Shown: positions 38,611 to 51,860 of the stretch, one piece after another
Layout: each line of letters opens with the position of its first letter
How positions within the stretch are numbered: the stretch's first letter is position 1
NCBI GenBank assembly: GCA_024679065.1
Contig: JAGIQG010000012.1
Coordinates: forward strand, 19,778,001-19,842,000
Length of the DNA stretch: 64,000 nucleotides
Direction: 5' to 3'
Source of the DNA: Sphyrna mokarran
Lineage: Eukaryota
Notes under the pieces: model-generated
The model's input: the letters and a program-made list of their open reading frames with translations, nothing else
The model's database searches: none
What the model was told of the DNA's origin: nothing
Position numbers and translations under genes: made by a program

Positions 38611-39239
38611 CTCCAGATATGGTCTCATCAATACCCTATACAATTGCAGTAAAACATCTCTATACCTACACTCAAAATCTCTGGCTATGAAGGCCAACAT
38701 ACTATTTGCTTCTTTTTTCCAGCCTGCTGTACCTCGCGATTACTTTCAGTGCCTAATGCACAAGAAAATAATGGAAGAGCATCCATAGAGCTATTTAACA
38801 CAAATAAATTGCAATCTATCGTTACTTATAAATAGGAGCTGTGCACATACAGTAGGTGAAAGTTTCCAGTCTCATCTGCAATGGGAATCATTGCAGGTGT
38901 AATGGAAAATTTGACAGATTAGCCCTGTTGACCTTTGGTGGGTCCAGAGAATCCCGGCCAGTGTGCTTATGAGAATAAAAACTTTTGTTTACATAGTGGC
39001 TTTTGATTTTATGATGAGCCATGATCAAAATGAATGGCGGGGCAGGCTCAAAGGGCCAAATGGCCTCACTCCTGCTTCTAGCTTCTATGTTTCCAGAATA
39101 CATACAGAATGTTTTCACTAGCAGCAGTGATCAAAGATGATGTAAAACTATAATTAATAAAATTATTCAAAATATAGAGGAAGGTAGCTGTCAATTCAAT
39201 TAATTAAATGGTGCTTAGCATTTAGGTTTTAGAAATAAT

Positions 39240-39845
39240 AATCAGGGGAAAAAAAATCAACCAGTACTTGAAGAGTTTTGAATTAATTAAGAAGAGCCAG
39301 CATAGATTTGTAAAAGGCAGATCGTATTTGACTAATTTAATTGATTTTTTTTGCATAAAGTAACAGAGAAGGCTGATGAAAGCAATACAAGAAAATGGAG
39401 AAGGTGCAGAGGAGACTTATCAAAATGTTTCAGGGACTGAAGAGTTTTAGCTACAAGGTTAGGTTGGAGAAGCTGGAGTTATTCTCCTTGGAGCATTGGA
39501 AGTTGAGAGATGATTTGATAGTGGTGCACAAAATTATGGCAGGTTCAGGCAAGATGAACAAAGAAAAAATGTTCCCAATAGCTGATGGTACATAGAGGGA
39601 CATTGTTTTCAGGTTTTTGAACAAGAGATATAAGGGGTTGTGAGGATTATCTTTTGCACAGCAAGTGGTAAGAACCTGGAACTCACTACCAATGAGGATG
39701 GTGGAAGCAGATTTGTTTATTTCAACATGAAATTTGATGGGGAATGAGGGGTTAGAATGGGGGAAAGGAACTGACTGGAATATTCCACAGAGAGCTGGCA
39801 TGGACTTCATGAACGAATGGTCTCCTTCTATTCCATTATGACTCT
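39240..39845 (+). mobile_element. CR1 LINE, internally deleted
   Basis: SQHRFVKGRSYLTNLIDFF joined directly to ORF 39395..39595 (SYKVRLEKLELFSLE). Confidence 0.85.
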
Positions 39846-39847
39846 AT

Positions 39848-39974
39848 GGGTGGAATTTTCTAACCATTCATGTCAGAGAGGTTCTCTGGTTCTGCTGCAG
39901 TGAGCAGCACTGAGCGCCAAATTCTCTGACCTCGCTTGCAGCAGTCACGCGTGAGGGGCTGGAAAATTCTGGCC
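39848..39974. mobile_element. About 127-bp MITE
   Basis: TIRs GGGTGGAATTTTCTA / TGGAAAATTCTGGCC; same family as 10207-10343. Confidence 0.7.
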
Positions 39975-40699
39975 TACAACTCTACTTCATCAAAAGCAAA
40001 ATACTGAGGAATATGAAATAAGAAGCGGAAAACCTTCAGCATGTTAGGCAGTGAGCAGCATTTCAAGTCAATAACCTTTCATCAGAATAGATTCTACTTT
40101 GTGTTTTGTCTTATCTTTGATTGTCATCCACATAAAATTAAAGGGTTATTATTATAATTTAGCATGATTGGCACTGCACAAAAATGCTATCAATAGTCTG
40201 TTGATTAACAGAATTGGTCTCAAGTGTTCTGACAACACTCACTCTCAGCTTCTAAATCTTGCAGAATGTTAAGTACCGCAGAGAAATATAATTCCAGAGG
40301 TTACTAGCTTGCTTTTATATATATATAAATTGGATATGCCTACAGCTATGTCTTTGGCTGTGCAAATTATGGCTATTTCCCTGTTTAATACTGTAAGATG
40401 TTTCTCACCCACATACATAGAGACAGGCTGTCAAAACCATTTTCAACACAATGACTGAAAAAGAGAAACAAGGTGACACGTGGTAAGAGAGAGAAAGAGT
40501 GAAAAGCATCCTGACAGTTACAGACTGAGAGAGAAATGCTATTACATTTTTGCCTTTGGATTTCCCAGCTCTACACTATGCAAGAAAAGGTCTCCACAGG
40601 GGAAAATGAAGCATCTTCATTTATTTATTTTAAAAACAGTTTCAAGAAAAAAAATCCAAATTCTTGCTTCTGCTTTTTGAAGGAGTAATCTTTCCTAGG

Positions 40700-40905
40700 G
40701 CATAATTCCATAGATACAATTCGATGGATATAAATACATGGATATAATTGCATGGATCCAGATATATGGATATGGTCCCATGGATAAACTTCCTGATTAT
40801 GGTTGCATGGATACAGTTGCATGATATGGATCCAAGAATGGAGTTGCATGAGTATTGTTCCAATGGATACAATTCCATGGAAATAATTTCATGGATAAAG
40901 TTCTG
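40700..40905. repeat. Degenerate 14-bp minisatellite (consensus approximately CATGGATACAATTC)
   Basis: CATGGAT/ATGGAT recurs about every 14 nt for roughly a dozen units. Confidence 0.85.
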
Positions 40906-43900
40906 CAGATAGAGCTGCTGATTGGTATTTGCTGTGATTACTGATTAATATCATCAATGGCTGCTCCTCTTCCACAGGCAGAAAGAGAAGCAAGCAGTTG
41001 GTTGAATGACCTCCCATCCTCAACTATTTTCTGCCTGGATCTCTGGATAGTTATGTGGAGGTGCCTTCAGCTCGCAGGGAGCAGAGAAGTTCAGGTTTTC
41101 CCACATACTACAGAGCTGTAACCCCTCAATACATATGTGGCATCACTGACTGGTGTCCAACTTAGAAGTCAACTTGGATTTACATTCATGTTTCCAGTCA
41201 GACAGTGAACACGGGAAAAGAGGCTGTAAACCAGGTAGGAATGGTCCCTGATTGAATGAGTGGGGCTGAGTGTTTGGTGTCAGATGACAGGATGAGGTGT
41301 CCAATTACCGTGGAGGTGTCAGAAGATTGCAGGCCAGTAGAAGGTTGGAGGCCTAGGAGTTGGGGTGCAACTGGAGGCCTCACCATGGGATAGGTAGGTT
41401 GGCTTGGATTTGGAATCAGAGCCTTTGGAGACAATAAAGGCTTGGGAGAGGCCATGGCTTGAGGTATAAGAGGGTGGGGGAAGGAGAGGGGACCAGAGAT
41501 CCCAGATTGGGAGGTCATGGACTTCCATGTGAGGGGATTTTGGAAGCTTCATCGATATGGTTGAGGTCAAATTCCTTGGCATAGGACAAGTTGTGGGGAA
41601 ATTTGAAGGGTCAGGTGGATTTCCAATGGTGGGTATTTGGTGAGAAATGTACACTGTAAGTAAATGGAAAGGCACTGATCCTGCATCCAATAGTCCTGCC
41701 TTCCCTGTGGCTGTGGGTTTCTTGAGGCCCAGGAGACCTGACCCACTACAGTTAAATTTGAAATGTGCATAAATATGAAGCTTGCAGCCTCAACAGAACC
41801 ATGGAATTAGTTAGTTACCTGCTCCTCCAACTCACTTTTGTTAAAAGCAGAATTGGGCAAGTTGAAGATGGGTTGTAGTTGGAACCACAAATTTTTAAAA
41901 CTACAATTTCTCATATCCAAACTCACTCACCTTTTTTGAGCTTGAAATCCACTGCCCCAACCCAAGTTCTATATTCATGCACATTGTAGCAAGAGTGACC
42001 AGAGATTGTGGAAAAATGGGATCCTTGCTGATAATTCTCCTTCATTGGAAAAAAGTATGTTTTTTCATACTTATCCCTACACCACTGGGCTACTGAAAAG
42101 GCCATAAGAGCTTTCAAAGGTGAAAAGGGCATTCAATTGAAGAAGGTCAATTATCCTCATTGAAAAGAATCCATCAATTATATCCTCTCTAGAAAGTTTT
42201 AAAATGTTCTCTTTGTACAGTTCATACACTGGTTATTTAGTTTATATTTCTACTGGTCAAAATGTTCCACCTCATTTCATTCCTTACTTGCATCTTGTTA
42301 ATTTTTAACATTTGTCCTCCAGTATTGTCCTCCATCATGGTTAATGATTTACCTGGTTCAGGTTCATAGTCAGTTTTTAATTAATTCTTCTCCGAGTCTC
42401 CTATTTTCAAAGTTTAACAGACCCAACTTTTTAACCTTTTTTCATGCCTGAAGTCCCATGTAGTGGGAAGCATACTCTGAGCTGGAACTGCCGCAAAGTT
42501 TTTGAGGCTGTGAGGCCTAATTTCAGAGCTGGTAATGTGGTGGGACAGATCCTCAACCTGCTCACTTAAGGACATCAATGTAAAGTAAGTGGTGATTGGT
42601 GGAGCCTCTCCAGACTGGGAGGAAACTTGGCCTGGCTGTCAGTCAGGATCTGACATCACATTAGCGGAGGTATGCCCAATCTTATAGTCATACCTCCCCA
42701 TTATTAGAGAGAAGAGGACCTAACCCCTCCCTCCCCCAAAGATCTCTGTCGGGAGTTATTCCTTTTATTTTTAAAATTTGACACAAGCGGAGGGATTTTC
42801 TGGCTGCTCTCTCCCCTAATCCAGAAATTCCCATCCGAGGTCAACTGATCTTTGCATGGTACACACGCACACACACACACAAACACACCTGCTACGATTC
42901 AATTCCCGAGCAACACTCTTATCTTTCTGGACAAGGTAGAATCTCCCTGTTCCCAACAAGCTAAGAGTGGCAAGTCCAATTTCTTCAGTGGGGAATCATG
43001 GCACAATCACCCCCAAACCTCCAGTGGTGGCTCCTACATTTAATGTGACCAGGCACAAAAATCAGTAGTTGACACAATCCCAACCATTTTATGATTTTAT
43101 CGTCATTATAACATGAATATTGCCTTATTCTGTGGCAGGCAAGGTAGTAGAATTCCAGTGAATACATGACAAATTTCAGATCTGCCAGGTTTCTGTCCAG
43201 TACAAAAACTGGCCTAAATTCTGGACATGGGAATGGCAGTAATGAGGAGTCATGATGTGGAGGCAATGGGGAAGTCAGGGAATGACGGTGATTTTTCTGT
43301 TTGCGTTCCTATATCAAAAACATATCCTGCCCCTGCAATCACTATTGAACTTCAATGCCAGATTTGGAAAGGACACAGATCTCTGGGAAGATGTAATGGA
43401 CAGAGAGAGGTTAAGGATATCCAACACTCTGCTCCTGAGTAAATGCCTCAAATGTGGCCTTTTCATAAGCAACACCTTGTTCCATCAGAGGGACAAGGCC
43501 CTCAGGGAAATACCCTTGCTCCAAGCACTCGACTACATCATTCTGAATGAGGGACCGCAATGACATGTGCATCAGTCACACATGACAGGAGCCGACGGAT
43601 GGACCACTGTCCAATCCATTCTGTGATCAACATCAATGTAGCAGCAACAGAAACAATGCTGCAGGGAAATCGACACTGAAGCACTCAGAGACCCTGACTC
43701 CGCTAACACTTCACTATCAATCTATGATTCCCAATCGGAGTGGCGCAGAATGTCCACAGCACCTGTAAAGAGATGCTTGATCACTGGATTAGGAAACACC
43801 AAGACTACTTCAATACTCAGGAGATCCAGGAGCTGATAGACCACAAGGGCAAAGCTTTTCTGAAACTGAAAATAGCAATCCAACTTGAGAGCAAGAAGAC

Positions 43901-44182
43901 AGCTCTACGGACAGCTGAAGGTAAAAAACCTGCAACTTAAAGAACAGATGGCAGGCGGAGAAAGAACAGGAGATTCAGCAGTTAGCCAACAATCATGACA
44001 CATGAGGTTTCTTTAATACAGTCAAGACCAATTATAGCCCAAGCACCCAAGGCTCATTCTGCTACTGGCCATGAATGGAGAGGTGCTCATCAAGAACAGA
44101 GAGGCAGCCAGTGCTTACTGGAAAGGGCAATTCAAAGATCTCCTTAACAGAGAATCTACCTTCAACACAAGTGCTCTTAACA

Positions 44183-44403
44183 TGATTTAAGTAGTTGCTT
44201 GCTTGCATTAAGAGTTAATCATGTGATTTGAACGCGATTTCATGAGGATATTTCACAGACTGATGTTTAGTTTTGATTTCTGTTCTGTGCAGTGTACAGA
44301 ATAATCCCCTAGAATAAACCTGTTGTCTGTTGCAAACCTACATATACAAACCTTTTTCTTTTTGTTTAAAACACCCAACCTCTAGCATAGTTAGGATATT
44401 ACA
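44183..44403 (+). mobile_element. Probable solo LTR inserted in the RTE
   Basis: TG...ATTACA ends, internal AATAAA; interrupts RTE coding sequence. No clean TSD. Confidence 0.45.
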
Positions 44404-44699
44404 GACTCCATCATGCTACCCACCACCATTTCAGCACAGTCCCAACATACCACAAAGTAGAAAAGCCCACATCTAAAAGAGCAACAGTACATTAAGAGCA
44501 GATGGAATCCTGTGCTGAAGCAAATGTTAGAGAAGCAGTATTGGCGCAAATACATGACCTAATTTCCTTTACCTGGAAGGAGAAGAACATGTCAGGAGAT
44601 CTCAAAGTTGCTGTATTTGAGACCATCTTCAAGAAAGGTGACAAATATTGTTGCAGTAACTACAGAGGAATTTTCCTATTGTCAGCCACAAGCAAGGTT

Positions 44700-44992
44700 A
44701 TAGAATTCTTAAAATCCCTACAGTGCAGAAGGTCCATCAAGTATCACCGACCACCCATGCCCATTTCTTTAACCCTAAAAATTTACCCCACTAATCCCCT
44801 GACAGTTGGCATGGCCAATCAACCTAACTCGCACATCTTGGACTGTGGGAGGAAACTGGAGCATCTGGAGAAAACCCACATAGACACAGGGAGAATGTTC
44901 AAACTCCACATGGACAGTGACCCAAAGCTGGAATTGAACCCAGGTTCCTGGTGCTGTGAAGCAGTAGGGCTAACCACTGTACCACCATGCTG
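44700..44992 (-). mobile_element. HE1-like V-SINE inserted in the RTE RT
   Basis: Full head, V-domain and CR1-like tail; accounts for the second half of ORF 44502..45035. Confidence 0.9.
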
Positions 44993-46329
44993 CTCGCTTT
45001 CACTTAAGTCCCCCTTAATTAACTTCTGTGGCTGAAGATTTCCTCTCAGTCGCAATGTGGATTCTGCCCACTAAGGGATGCAATGGGGCATGTCATCACT
45101 GTTTAATAACTATGAGAAAAATGACGAGACCACCACCAAACCTTGCACGTGATCATCTTTGACCCCACAAAGATCTTTGACTCTTGTCAAGCATAAGGGA
45201 TTATGGAGTGCCCTCCTCTGTTTTGGCTGCCTCTAATACTCGTCACCATGCTCTGCCTGCTTCACAATGACATGAAAGCCGTTATCTTGACAGATCCAAC
45301 ACAGACCCAATTCACATTCAAACTGGGGACAAACAAGGTCCTCTCATTGCACTGACATTCGTCTCTCCTACTGGCAGCAATGTTCCATCTTACCCTCAGC
45401 GATCTTCTTGCTGGATTGGAATAGAATCACAGAACAAACAGTTCAAACTCTGTTGCCTGCAGGCCAGATGCAAGGTTGCTCCATCCTCTATCATTGAATT
45501 ATAGTATGCAGACGATGCTTGCCTCTGCACACACTTGGGGGCCAAGATCCAAGCCATCTGCAACACCTTTACTGAGACATATGAGAGCAGGCATCTTACA
45601 TTAAAGACCCATAAGAAAAAGGTCCTCTACCAACCTGTCCCCGCCACAAACAGAGACATGAACTATGTATAGCAGAGACCTCAAAATCCTGGTGAAGTAT
45701 CGGCCGATCTGCCTCTGCAAGTCCTGCAAATCTACCAATATCAGTGTTCTCACTCAGGTCAACATCCCAGCATCGAAGCATTGACCACACTGGATCAGCT
45801 CTGCTGGATGGGCCACATCACCCATATGCCTGACTGGACTCTGCCAAAACAAGCATTCTACATGGAGTTTCAACATGGCAAGAGAGTGCCAGGAGAGCAG
45901 AGGAAACACTTCAGGATGCTCTCAAAGCCTCATTGAAATAGTGCAACATTCCCATTGATACTTGACACATCAAAAGGAACGCTTGGCAACCTAGGCACTC
46001 TTACTCCTCCAACCACCATCTGCCCCATCTGTGACAGACTGTAAGCTGAATTCTAGATTCCTCAGTTACCTGAGAATTCACTTTTAGAGTGAAAGCAAGT
46101 CATCCTCAATTCTGAGGGACTGCCTAAGAGGGAGAAGATGACTAGACATATCGGGACAAGAGGGGATCTATTACTTTAAAATTAATTGCTATGTTTCCCA
46201 TAAGGAAGTACAGAAAACATTTTGGGTGTCTTCTTTGCTGTATAAGGTCCTTACATTCCAGTATTCTCATTTTCTGATTGGCTTTTGATGCTGGGTGGAA
46301 AACTAAAATAGACACTCTCAGCACCACCA

Positions 46330-48450
46330 TTGCTAGAGTCCTCTGACATTTGTGCATTCATACTCATATCAGCAGACCCCTCCCAGCACAGAGTTGGTGC
46401 AGTCTTCATCCAGAATGGCAGACTTTTGCTTCAAAAGGCTCAAATCTTCATTCTAGTCTTAACCCATCAGAAATTTCATGACTTCATATATGGTCGTCCT
46501 ACAACTGTCGAGAATTGATCATAGATAGGTTGGTAGACTGGGCAGATAGATGGCAAATGGAATTTAATCCGGATAAATGCGAGGATAAAAGGTAAAACTA
46601 TTCGGAGTATAGAGACGCAGAGAGACTTGGGGGTGCAGGTTCACAAGTCTCTGAAGGTGTCTTCACAGGTGGAGAAGGTGATAAAGAAAGCGTATAGTAT
46701 GTTAGCTTTCATAGAAAAGGGTATAGAATACAAGAGTAGGAGTTTGACGTTGCAATTGTATAGAACGTTGGTTAGGCCTCACTTGGAATACTGCGTCCAG
46801 TTCTGGTCGCCGTACTATCGGAAGGATGTGGAGTCCTTGGAAAGAGTGCAGAGGAGGTTTACCAGGATGCTGCCTGGTATGGAAGGACTGTCTTATGAGG
46901 AACGATTAGATAGACTGGGGGTGTTTTCCCTTGAAAGACGTCGGCTTAGAGGGGATCTCATAGAGGTGTATAAGATTATAAGGGGTATAGATAGAGTAAA
47001 TGGTGGTAAACTTTTTCCACCTTCAGAAATGGATAGGATGAGGGGTCACGGCCTTAGGGTGAGGGGGGCTATGTATAAGACGAATATTAGAGGGCAGTTT
47101 TTCACACAAAGGGTAGTGGGGGTGTGGAATGCACTGCCGAGTAAGGTGGGGGAGCAGGCACGCTAGGGCTGTTTAAGGGTCTCTTGGACAGCCACATGAG
47201 CGTTATGCAGATAGAGGGATATAGTAGGACTGTTTAACTATGGCTTTTTTTTCCACAGGTAATTCAGTCCATACTTGACCAACAAGGAGCATGCATTTGG
47301 CAGGTGGTGCGAGGACAGCTCTTGGATGTTGATTCATGGGTTGCCTGGTGCTTCATGTCGTAAATGAGTGCTTTATCTGGACCATCTGAAGGGCACCATG
47401 ACAGATCAGTGACTATCGCTGTAGCTGTGCAGACACTTGGAATTGGGCCGGTGTCTGCGGGAGTTTGCGTGTTCTCCCCGTGGTTGCGTGGGTTTTCTCC
47501 GGGCGCTCCGGTTTCCTCCCACATCCAAAAAATTCGCTCTTAGGCTGATTGGGAAACAAATTGTCCCTACATTGAGACTCTTCCATATTAGGAATAACCT
47601 AAAATTAGAATAGGATAATGGAATTGTTACTATATAGTTATGACGGCGGCGCGGGCTCGTTGGGCCGAAGGGCCTGTTTCCTGTGCTGTGTTGCTCTCTC
47701 TCTCTCTAATCAGCCACTCATGACTATCCTAAAAAAGCTTCTTCACACTTTGTCTGCAGCTAAAGCTACTATTTCAGCATTGGTTAGGAGCTGTAACTGG
47801 CTGATGCCCTTTCGAGAGCCTTTCTACCCACCACAGATCAAACAGATTGTGAGGGAAACAATGACTATAGAAATACTATCCTCGTGGAATTCAAGAATTC
47901 AAAGGTGCCTTACAGGCAGACGTCACATGAAGCAACGTCAGGACATCATCTTAAGGAGCTACTTTAAATCCTCAAGGGAGTTTCCTCATGAGTCCTGCAC
48001 ATTCTTCACCATCAGAGATGAACTAGCCAGACAGGATGGACAGATATTGCATAGCCAGCGATTCATCATTCCTACTTTTCTTCAGAGGTATCATAACTAG
48101 CAACTTCCAAAGTAAAATTCCAAGAGCACCCTGGGTTGGAAACAATTAGGCAAAGGGCCAAGGAATCACTATACTTGCTCTTCATCTATGTCAACATGAA
48201 GACAGAAGTTCACAGATGAGCACCATGCAATTCACTCAAGTTACATCAAACAGAAGAACCGTAACATCTATATGAGGTTTCAGACCACCCATGGTCTTTC
48301 ATTATAGCTGATATTTTCAAATTCAATGGTAAACATTTGGTCTTAGTCAGTTCATATTCATGTGGTTTGAACTCAACTACATGCCAAACATAACAAGTAA
48401 CGCAGTCATCATCATGCTTGAGCGATATTTCCCAACGCACAGCATTTCTC
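46330..48450 (+). mobile_element. Gypsy LTR-retrotransposon pol remnant (RNase H and integrase)
   Basis: ISADPSQHRVGAVFIQNG...KFHDFIYGRPTTVE | QPLMTILKK, FTIRDELARQDGQILHSQRFIIP, HPWSFIIADIFKFNGKH. Split by a CR1 at the DH-QPL motif. Confidence 0.82.
46522..47707 (+). mobile_element. Well-preserved CR1 LINE 3' part with a long V-domain-containing 3' UTR
   Basis: ORF 46627..47166, continuing after one frameshift to TAA at 47235-47237. V-domain at about 47450-47530, CR1-type tail 47644-47690, (CT)n end. Confidence 0.9.
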
Positions 48451-48454
48451 AGAG

Positions 48455-48765
48455 ACTCATAGAATCCTACAATGCAAAAGGAGGCCACTCAGCCCATTGA
48501 GCCTGCAGTGACAATAACTCCAACCAGATTCTATCCCTGTAGCCTCAGCTATTTACCCTACTGATCGCCCACTCCCCTCCAGTCACTAAGGGCAATTTAG
48601 CATGGCCAATCAACCTAACCCGCACATCTTTGGACTGTGGGAGGAAACTGGAGCACCTGGAGGAAACCTACACAGACACAGGAAGAATGTGCAAACTTCA
48701 GACAGCTACCTGCGATCAGAATTGAACCCAGGTTCTGGGGCTGTGAGGCAGCAGTGCTAACCATT
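48455..48765 (-). mobile_element. HE1-like V-SINE
   Basis: Head, V-domain and tail homologous to 44700-44992. Confidence 0.9.
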
Positions 48766-49739
48766 CACCTTCAGGTCCTAGGGTGGGCCTCAAATCTAGA
48801 GCTGCTGGTTCAGAGTAGGGATGCTACTCTCTGTATCACAAGATCTCTATGTTACAAAATAATTGCACGTAATTAATATTCGCGCACACTGTTACATCTC
48901 AGTACCGCCAACTTAAATGGGGAAATATAAATCGAGTGGTCATGTGCTGAGGTGGTGAGGTTACATGACAGAACCTAGGAAGTCACCCCAAGATGTGAGC
49001 AGAGTACAAGCATGTAATTAGTGCTCAGACTAGTCAATAAACTAGTCTTTGTTTTAAGCCCTTTGTCAACAGTCTTTGAGTACACTGCACTTTTACAAAG
49101 TTTATGAAACTGAGTCTATGCATCATAGATGCAAGAAGACTTCCCACTTAACATCAATTGTTCCTTATTCTCTAATTTTCCAAGGACCCTAGGCTGCTGC
49201 AATGAACAGAAAAGCTCCTTGCATGATATTAGTTTAAAAAAAGAGAAGCAGGTTGATGGGGGTAGGGTTGTGTGAGGGAGAGAAAGGAGGAAGAAGTAAA
49301 AACCAAATCTCTAATTGAACATCAATTCCAAAAACGTAACAGCATATCCGAATATGCAACAACAGCGAATGAAAAATGCATTAAAGAATATGTTATTGTC
49401 AGTCAGGAAATTCGGGGACTCCACCTTTACGAGCTTCAGTCCTCAAGGCCAGGAAGTGTCTTTGGAAGAGTGCCAGGTTTGTGCTGATATTTAGTGATAT
49501 CCTTACATTTCACTGCAAAGCCTGAGCAATGCGGGTGAGGAGATGCCTTACTGATGCCCGTACCCTTGAGCAAGCACGTGGCTGCCAAAAAATAGCCAGC
49601 CATGTGTATTCCCAGCACACTCAGCAACCACTCAGCCTTGAACTTTCTGACACCTGTGGCCTTTTTCCCTCCCCCACCACCATTTGCATTGCATGAACCA
49701 CCAATGCACATCACCAAGCAAATATCGTACATATTCATC

Positions 49740-50270
49740 AATTAAAAGTACAAAAGTGGGAAGTGGTGCCAAAACTTTGTCTAGGTCCCAGCTGGTGTAT
49801 TGTGTTCAATTCTAGGCACAACAATTCAGGAAGGATGTCAAGATCTTGGAGATACTTTGGAGTGGTACCAGCACTGAGCTCACTTCAGTCATATCAAGAG
49901 ACTAGAGAAGTTGGGAGCAGAGAATGTTAAGGGAAGTTTTAATAAGGTTTTCAATCTTTCAACCCTCTATAAAAGGGTTTTTATAGAGTAGGTAAGGAAA
50001 AAAACTGTCTCCATTGGCAGCAGGATTGGTATCCACGGGTCACAGATGTAAGGTATTTAACAAATAGATGTGAGGAGAGCTGAGAATAATTTACTCAATG
50101 AATTATTATGTTCAGGAATGCAATACTTGAAAGCGTCATGGAAACAGATTAAATAGTAACTTTCAAAAGAATATTGAATATGTACTTGCATTGGTAAACT
50201 TTGAAAGACCTGTCCAATTAGGTCTTGGTGTTTCTCCCCAGCCATGCAAAGTGCCATATGATTCTATAAT
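49740..50270 (+). mobile_element. Old CR1 LINE 3' fragment
   Basis: RSQLVYCVQF.AQQFRKDVKILE and a decayed tail. Confidence 0.75.
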
Positions 50271-51399
50271 ACAGGACTACTTTTATTTTGGTAATACATT
50301 TGTAAATGTCATATTATGGAGAACTACATTTTCAGCCAGCAAAGGGAATATGTTGGTGTTTAAGCTTCAGGCATTTTTAAATTTTCTACTGAGACTTCAA
50401 CAACCATTCTTTATCACCATCTGATTTTTTTATTTGATTTATTATGGTCACATGTATTGAGAGCTGTACAGAATTATATTTTATTTTGTACCACTTAAGT
50501 TTTTTTTAGTCATTTTCTCCCATTTCAATTTTTCAAAGTTCTTTTATGTTTTATTGTCTGAGAAGCGAGGGAAGGTCACTTAATTTTTAGCTTTTGCCCA
50601 TACTGCTCTGAAACCTTGGAAATGCCCCCAAGGCAGCCTTCCATTTGCTATTCAAATGTTCCTTTCTCCCTGTTGAGAAATGCCAAATTGAGAATGTGCC
50701 ATGTGAGAAACTGCAGCTGATTATTAAAACAGGCTGTTGGGGAGGTGGGGAAGGAGGAGGAGTTAAATATCCTTGTAGAGAGATTCAAAAACCAAAATAG
50801 ATGGTTTGCAATTTAGAATAGAACAGAATCTTGTCACTAAATGAAGAGAAAACATTCACATTTTATAACTAAATGGTGTCAAGGGCTTTTTAAAGAACAT
50901 GACCAGCTTTCACTGCTGTGGAAGATCAATCTAAAGGGAACTGGCCATGATTCTCCATCTGAACACCATTTTAGCCTGGCATCAGCCTTATGTAAATTTT
51001 GCAGGCAAATCCCAATGCTGTTCCCTGCCTGCAGTTAGCTGCAGCAAAAAGCTATAGCCTTAGAGATCCTGACATCTGCAGCAACTTCAAGAGTCAATCT
51101 GAAGAGAATTTTCTCTTCAGCTTCCTCCACCTTGCTGTGAATAAAGAATTCATCACCGTAAACTGCCTCCTGGATTTCCTGGCACCTGGTAACATTGGAG
51201 GCCTACAGCATACGCATGTATTTTGCATCCCTCATGTTTTTCACAAGTAATGTAACTTTATAATTTTAGCCTAATTTAAATTTGCATTAGTAGATTTGAG
51301 TGGGCTCTTCCACTGACCAGCAGAAAATGGAATGGATGCGAAAATGGAGAGGCGCCTAGCAAGAAGGGTCCCCACTTAACTTGTGATCCTTCCCTTCCC

Positions 51400-51860
51400 C
51401 AGACAGTGCAATGATATTTTTGGCAATGTAGAGCACAATCCAAATGAAAAGCATTTATTTACAGTTTGGCCTGCATTCTGGAAGCTCAAAAGGAGAAGAG
51501 GAAGTGAAGCTGCTGGAAGAGGGAGGAACGGGAGAGGGAGAAGGACACTCAGCAGGAAACTATATCCATCCAGGACACTCAGGCAGCATTCCTCCCACCT
51601 AAACTTTAGCAAGTAATATTATCCAAGACTTCCACACTTTCAAAAGAACATGCTTACTGAAGTTTGCCACCTGCTATAGCCACAACTGCAATCCTAAGCA
51701 GGGCAAGAATGGCATGGCCAATGGATGTGAAAGTGACCACGGTGATAAACTTTAATGCACCTGTCTCCTTCCAGGTTGGAATTGAGAGATGTTTGCAAAC
51801 TCTCGCAGTTTGCTGCCTACTGTTGTTTAAAGTTACTGAGATTCTATTCATTGAAACCTA
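51400..51860 (+). mobile_element. Harbinger (HARBI1-like) transposase N-terminal remnant
   Basis: ORF 51664..51861 RARMAWPMDVKVTTVINFNAPVSFQVG fits the recalled pattern ALPVAVKVT.ALNFYA.GSFQ, and is preceded by an Arg/Gly-rich tract. Confidence 0.7.

Larger units (their letters stand above)
43215..46140 (+). mobile_element. Decayed RTE-clade LINE
   Basis: NFNARFGKDTDLWEDV, LFISNTLFHQRD, TIFKKGDKYCCSNYRGIFLLSATSKV, YADDAC at about 45505, and RTE-like 3' end GCAAGTCATCCTC...GAGGGACTGCC. Confidence 0.88.

Noticed and set aside
40700-40905. CRISPR-like repeat/spacer appearance
   Set aside because: The unit is only about 14 nt, linkers are related to one another, there are no cas genes, and the context is vertebrate.
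44502-45035. 177-aa ORF as a novel gene
   Set aside because: Chance fusion of an RTE RT fragment with an antisense SINE.
47245-47263. TTTTTTTTCCACAG|GTAATT recursive-splice-like site
   Set aside because: It is inside a TE 3' UTR, on the plus strand of an intergenic region with no supported host transcript.
47618-48100. 160-aa ORF as a novel gene
   Set aside because: It reads from the CR1 tail into decayed Gypsy pol.
48890-49097. Possible 3' LTR of the Gypsy remnant (TGTTACA...TTTTACA, internal AATAAA)
   Set aside because: No polypurine tract, matching 5' LTR or TSD could be identified, so it was not called.
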